Assembly: GCA_964550205.1 (NCBI GenBank)
Contig: CAZJYD010000003.1
Span: 2,361 to 66,360 of the forward strand
Direction of reading: 5' to 3'
DNA length: 64,000 nt
Source of the DNA: an uncultured Bacteroidales bacterium
GTDB lineage: Bacteria > Bacteroidota > Bacteroidia > Bacteroidales > JAIOZK01
A model generated the notes under the pieces. That model saw only the letters and a program-made list of their open reading frames with translations. It made no database searches and was not told the origin of the DNA. Position numbers and translations under genes: made by a program. Position 1 is the first letter of the stretch; every line of letters starts with the position of its first letter. Shown one piece after another: positions 59,613 through 64,000 of the stretch.

Positions 59613-60242
59613 ATGTCAGGATTAATAGGAAAGAAAATAGGAATGACGAGCATCTATGATAAGGATGGGAAAAATATACCTTGTACTGTAATAGAAGCAG
59701 GACCTTGTGTTGTTACACAGGTTAAAACTAGTGATAAAGATGGATATGATGCTATACAGCTTGCTTATCAGGATAAAAAAGATAAGCATACCTCTGCTGC
59801 ACTTAAAGGACATTTTGATAAATCGGGTGTAAGTCCTAAACGTATTATTAGGGAATTTACAAGATTTGAAAAAGGACATGAAAAGAATTTTGGAGATGTA
59901 TTAAAGGTAGACATTTTTGTTGAAGGAGAATATCTTGATATCGTGGGAATATCAAAAGGAAAAGGATTTCAGGGAGTGGTAAAGCGTCATGGTTTTCATG
60001 GTGTGGGAGACATGAGCCATGGTCAGTACGACAGACAAAGGGCACCAGGTTCAATAGGTGCTTCATCTGATCCTTCAAAAGTATTTAAAGGTATGAGAAT
60101 GGGTGGAAGAAATGGAGGAAGAAGAGTTAAAATGATCAATCTTAAAGTAATGAAAATTATTACTGATAAAAATATACTGATTGTTAAAGGAGCTGTTCCA
60201 GGTCCTAAAAATTCATATGTAATTATAGAAAGATGGAGTTAG
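59613..60242 (+). CDS. rplC: 50S ribosomal protein L3
   Basis: [11 protein letters not shown]... and [15 protein letters not shown]. Confidence 0.95.
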   Translation: MSGLIGKKIGMTSIYDKDGKNIPCTVIEAGPCVVTQVKTSDKDGYDAIQLAYQDKKDKHTSAALKGHFDKSGVSPKRIIREFTRFEKGHEKNFGDVLKVDIFVEGEYLDIVGISKGKGFQGVVKRHGFHGVGDMSHGQYDRQRAPGSIGASSDPSKVFKGMRMGGRNGGRRVKMINLKVMKIITDKNILIVKGAVPGPKNSYVIIERWS

Positions 60243-60871
60243 CAGTACATAAAATTAACGGGGAAAAAACTGATCGTAAAGTAAGATTAAAAAAATCAAT
60301 CTTTGGCATTGAACCAAATGATAACGCAATATATTTGGATACAAGGCAATATCTTGCAAATAGCAGGCAAGGTACCAGTAATACCAAGGAAAGGAATGCT
60401 ATAACCGGAAGCCGGAGAAAAATAAAAAGACAAAAGGGTACGGGAACGGCAAGAGCCGGAGATATTAAGAATCCTATCTTTAGAGGAGGTGGAAGAACCT
60501 TTGGACCAGAACCAAGAGATTATGGTTTTAAATTGAACAAAAAACTTAAAAAGATTGCAAGAAAGTCAGCCCTTTCTTATAAAGCAAAAGACAAAGAAAT
60601 TGTAATTCTTGAGGATTTCAAATTTGATGAGCCCAAAACAAAAGAGTATACAAAGGTTCTAAAAAATTTAAAATTGCTTGATAAAAAGTCTCTGTTAGTA
60701 TTAAAGGAAAATGATGTAAACATTTTTCTTTCAGTGAGAAATATTAAAAATGGTAAGATCACATTGGCTTCAATGCTGAATACTTATGATATCTTAAATG
60801 CAAATAGTTTGTTAATACCTGAAAGTTCTTTAAAGGAAATAGAAAAACTATTTGACGAAAGAAAAAAATAA
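60233..60871 (+). CDS. rplD: 50S ribosomal protein L4
   Basis: Position in the S10 operon, with [18 protein letters not shown] and [10 protein letters not shown]. Confidence 0.93.
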   Translation: MELAVHKINGEKTDRKVRLKKSIFGIEPNDNAIYLDTRQYLANSRQGTSNTKERNAITGSRRKIKRQKGTGTARAGDIKNPIFRGGGRTFGPEPRDYGFKLNKKLKKIARKSALSYKAKDKEIVILEDFKFDEPKTKEYTKVLKNLKLLDKKSLLVLKENDVNIFLSVRNIKNGKITLASMLNTYDILNANSLLIPESSLKEIEKLFDERKK

Positions 60872-60886
60872 AACTGAAATTATAAA

Positions 60887-61177
60887 ATGGAAATTTTGTT
60901 AAAACCATTAATAACGGAAAAGATGACAAATAGGAGCGATAAGCTGAATCAGTTCGGTTTTATTGTGCATAAAAATGCAAATAAGCTCCAGATCAAAGAA
61001 GCTGTGGAAGAGCTGTATAACGTTGAAGTTTTATCAGTTAATACCATGAATTATAATGGAAAAACAAGTATGCGTTATACAAAAACAGGCATTGTATCAG
61101 GTAAAAAACCTGCTTATAAAAAAGCAATAGTAACCTTACCTGAAGGAGAAACAATTGATTTTTATAGCAATATATAG
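60887..61177 (+). CDS. rplW: 50S ribosomal protein L23
   Basis: LKPLITEK... and KKAIVTL; operon position. Confidence 0.93.
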   Translation: MEILLKPLITEKMTNRSDKLNQFGFIVHKNANKLQIKEAVEELYNVEVLSVNTMNYNGKTSMRYTKTGIVSGKKPAYKKAIVTLPEGETIDFYSNI

Positions 61178-61189
61178 AATTATTAAATA

Positions 61190-62017
61190 ATGACTTTAAA
61201 GAAATATAAACCGACAACACCAAGTCAGCGCTATAAATTAATAAGCGCTTATGATGATATTACTGCCGACAAACCGAAGAAGAATTTACTGGCCCCCATT
61301 AAGAAAACAGGTGGCAGAAATAATCAGGGAAAGATGACAATAAGGTATCGAGGTGGTGGTCATAAGAAACGTTATAGAATAATTGATTTTAAGCGTGATA
61401 AAGAAGGTGTTAAAGGTGTTGTAAAATCTATTGAGTACGATCCAAACCGTACTGCGAGGATAGCATTAGTTGACTATACTGATGGTGACACAAGATATAT
61501 TATTGCGCCCCATGGGCTAAAAACAGGTCAGGAAATAATATCTGGCAAGGATGCCTCACCTGACATTGGCAATTCTCTTTATTTGAGTGATATTCCATTC
61601 GGTACTATAATTCATAATATAGAATTAAGGCCTGGCCAGGGTGGTAAGATGGCAAGGAGTGCAGGATCTTATGCACAATTGTTATCACGTGAAGGTAAAT
61701 TTGCAATAATAAAAATGCCTTCCGGTGAAACAAGAATGATCCTCCAAAAATGTAAAGCAACTGTCGGAATGGTTTCCAATATTGATAAAAGTGTTGAATA
61801 TTCAGGAAAAGCAGGTAGAAGAAGGTGGATGGGACGCAGGCCGAGAACCCGTGGTGTTGCTATGAATCCGGTAGATCATCCTATGGGTGGTGGTGAAGGA
61901 AGAGCATCAGGTGGTCATCCGAGGTCAAGAAAAGGATTGCCTGCAAAAGGATATAAAACCAGAAAAAGAAAAAAAGATTCAAACAGATATATCATTGAAC
62001 GCAGAAAGAAGAACTAA
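61190..62017 (+). CDS. rplB: 50S ribosomal protein L2
   Basis: [32 protein letters not shown]. Confidence 0.97.
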   Translation: MTLKKYKPTTPSQRYKLISAYDDITADKPKKNLLAPIKKTGGRNNQGKMTIRYRGGGHKKRYRIIDFKRDKEGVKGVVKSIEYDPNRTARIALVDYTDGDTRYIIAPHGLKTGQEIISGKDASPDIGNSLYLSDIPFGTIIHNIELRPGQGGKMARSAGSYAQLLSREGKFAIIKMPSGETRMILQKCKATVGMVSNIDKSVEYSGKAGRRRWMGRRPRTRGVAMNPVDHPMGGGEGRASGGHPRSRKGLPAKGYKTRKRKKDSNRYIIERRKKN

Positions 62018-62031
62018 ATAATTATTGAAAA

Positions 62032-62310
62032 ATGGCTCGTTCGGTAAAAAAAGGACCACACATACATTATAAACTTGAAAAGAAAGTACTTGATAATGTA
62101 AATTCAGGTAAGAAGTCTGTTATCAAAACATGGTCGAGAGCATCTATGATTTCACCAGATTTTGTAGGTCAGACCATAGCAGTGCATAATGGTAATAAAT
62201 TTATCCCGGTATATATAACTGAAAATATGGTTGGACACAAATTAGGAGAATTTGCACCAACCCGTATATTCAGGGGGCATGCCGGTCAAAAAGACAGAGG
62301 TAAAAAATAA
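62032..62310 (+). CDS. rpsS: 30S ribosomal protein S19
   Basis: [37 protein letters not shown]. Confidence 0.97.
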   Translation: MARSVKKGPHIHYKLEKKVLDNVNSGKKSVIKTWSRASMISPDFVGQTIAVHNGNKFIPVYITENMVGHKLGEFAPTRIFRGHAGQKDRGKK

Positions 62311-62319
62311 GGATTCAAA

Positions 62320-62745
62320 ATGGGAGCAAGAAAAAGAATCAGAGCAGAAAAAATTAAAGAAGCGAGAAAAAATCAATATATAGCTCGTTTAGGAGACTGT
62401 CCGTTGTCGCCACGAAAAGTAAGGTTAATGGCTGATTTAATAAGAGGTAAGGAGGTAAATTCAACATTGAATATTCTGAAGCATTCACCGCAATCGGCAG
62501 CAGGCTACCTATACAAACTTGTACTTTCTGCTATTGCTAACTGGCAGAACAAAAACGAAGGAGTACGTGTTGATGAGAGCCATTTGTACATTAAGGAAAT
62601 AACAGTTGACAGTGCCAGGATGCTGAAAAGAATCCGTCCTGCAGCACAGGGTAGAGCTCACAGGATAAGAAAACGTTCGTGCCATATTACAATAAAACTT
62701 AATTCAAAAGAGGAAGTTGCAGCAGAAGAAGCAGCAGCAGAATAA
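62320..62745 (+). CDS. rplV: 50S ribosomal protein L22
   Basis: SPRKVRLMADLIRGK and KRIRPAAQGRAHRIRKR..HITI. Ala/Glu-rich C-terminal extension. Confidence 0.95.
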   Translation: MGARKRIRAEKIKEARKNQYIARLGDCPLSPRKVRLMADLIRGKEVNSTLNILKHSPQSAAGYLYKLVLSAIANWQNKNEGVRVDESHLYIKEITVDSARMLKRIRPAAQGRAHRIRKRSCHITIKLNSKEEVAAEEAAAE

Positions 62746-62772
62746 ACAGATAAAATAATTAAATAAATATTA

Positions 62773-63480
62773 ATGGGACAAAAAACAAATCCAGTAGGAC
62801 TAAGATTAGGAATAATAAAAGGATGGGATTCCAATTGGTTTGGCGGGAATAATTTTTCTCCGAAACTTATTGAGGATGATAAAATAAGAAAATATCTCAA
62901 TGCCCGTCTTTCCAAAGCAGGAATTTCTAGGATCATAATTGAACGTGCTCTTAAACTTGTTACAGTCACTATTTATACAGCTCGTCCCGGAATTATTATA
63001 GGAAAAGGAGGACAAGAGGTTGATAAGCTAAAAGAAGAGCTAAAGAAACTAACAAAAAAGGAAATACAGATTAATATATCTGAGGTAAAGCGTCCTGAGC
63101 TGGATGCGACAATAGTTGCTCAGACCATTTCGAAGCAGATTGAAGGAAGAATTTCGTTTCGCAGAGCAATAAAAACTGCCATAGCATCAACTATGAGAAT
63201 AGGAGCAGAAGGAATTAAGGTGGTTATATCAGGGCGTTTGGGGGGTGCCGAGATGGCACGCACAGAACAATACAAGGAAGGGCGTATACCCCTGCATACA
63301 TTAAGAGCTGATATTGATTATGCATTTACCGAAGCACATACCACCTATGGTAGAATTGGTATAAAAGTATGGATTTGTAAAGGCGAAATTTATGGCAAGC
63401 CAGAAATAGTCCCTTTCGGTATAGGGTCGAAAAAGCCAAAAAGAGGTCCAAGAGGACGCAGTCCTCGGAAAAGAAGATAA
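62773..63480 (+). CDS. rpsC: 30S ribosomal protein S3
   Basis: [14 protein letters not shown], the KH domain, and [25 protein letters not shown]. Confidence 0.97.
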   Translation: MGQKTNPVGLRLGIIKGWDSNWFGGNNFSPKLIEDDKIRKYLNARLSKAGISRIIIERALKLVTVTIYTARPGIIIGKGGQEVDKLKEELKKLTKKEIQINISEVKRPELDATIVAQTISKQIEGRISFRRAIKTAIASTMRIGAEGIKVVISGRLGGAEMARTEQYKEGRIPLHTLRADIDYAFTEAHTTYGRIGIKVWICKGEIYGKPEIVPFGIGSKKPKRGPRGRSPRKRR

Positions 63481-63514
63481 GTAACCGTTATAAAATAAAC
63501 AAGATACTAAGTAA

Positions 63515-63934
63515 ATGTTACAACCGAAAAAAACAAAATACAGAAAGCAGCAGAAGGGTCGAATGAAAGGTAACTCCCATAGGGGTTGTGAGTTGGCGTT
63601 TGGTTCATTCGGTATAAAAGCTTTGGAATCGTGTTGGATTACAAGCAGGCAGATTGAAGCTTCCCGTCAGGCTATATCACGCAGTATGAAGCGTGAAGGT
63701 TTATTATGGATAAGAATATTTCCTGATAAGCCGGTGACAAAGAAACCCGCTGAAGTTAGAATGGGAAAAGGTAAAGGAGCGCCCGAATATTTTGTTGCAC
63801 GGGTAACCCCTGGTAGAATAATATTTGAAATCGATGGAGTACCTATTGAGGTGGCAAGAGAAGCATTAAGGCTTGCTTCACAAAAGCTTCCGATAACTAC
63901 AAAGTTAGTTGTAAGACATGATTATGTTCAATAA
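63515..63934 (+). CDS. rplP: 50S ribosomal protein L16
   Basis: [15 protein letters not shown] and RMGKGKG.PE. Confidence 0.97.
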   Translation: MLQPKKTKYRKQQKGRMKGNSHRGCELAFGSFGIKALESCWITSRQIEASRQAISRSMKREGLLWIRIFPDKPVTKKPAEVRMGKGKGAPEYFVARVTPGRIIFEIDGVPIEVAREALRLASQKLPITTKLVVRHDYVQ

Positions 63935-63946
63935 GATTTAAGTGAT

Positions 63947-64000
63947 ATGGAACAAAAAGTAATACAAGAATTATCTACAGCAGAATTAAAAGAACGGCTT
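63947..64000 (+). CDS. rpmC: 50S ribosomal protein L29, N-terminal fragment (runs off the right edge)
   Basis: ATG at 63947 gives MEQKVIQELSTAELKERL, the usual L29 start. Operon position is after rplP. Confidence 0.8.
   Translation, partial: MEQKVIQELSTAELKERL

Overview
AT-rich, densely packed, mostly housekeeping chromosomal segment of a Bacteroidota bacterium. Lineage evidence: three T9SS C-terminal sorting domains, a PorQ-like gene, the DUF5683 / DUF4290 / DUF721 / long-NusB synteny typical of the phylum, and TAnnTTTG-type -7 promoter boxes. I support about 68 protein-coding genes. They include pepD, rpe, miaA, a CCA-type tRNA nucleotidyltransferase, a fused AccA-AccD carboxyltransferase and the run lgt / inositol monophosphatase / DUF2061 / NfeD / macro-domain. 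Also present are a DASS transporter, carbamate kinase, an ECF sigma module, lolA-like, ftsK, lepB, parAB, nusB and two hybrid sensor kinases. The remainder are porQ-like, ispH, recF, murA, uvrD, a C10 (streptopain-like) T9SS protease, and the str/S10 ribosomal operons (rpsL to rpmC, running off the right edge). I saw no CRISPR array, transposase, integrase, phage module, recognisable defence island or biosynthetic cluster. I did not find a convincing novel multi-gene system. The most unusual items are: (1) a tRNA-like element at 17789-17865 with perfect acceptor and T arms but no canonical D-stem or anticodon arm, 14 nt upstream of a kinase gene; (2) a single-polypeptide AccA-AccD fusion in alpha-beta order; (3) a structured region of about 240 nt with mutually exclusive helices upstream of rpsL; (4) a 123-aa protein carrying the beta-carbonic-anhydrase zinc-ligand pattern; (5) a MurA with Asp at the fosfomycin-target Cys position. 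All calls rest on by-eye motif recognition and hand translation or folding; no database search was run.
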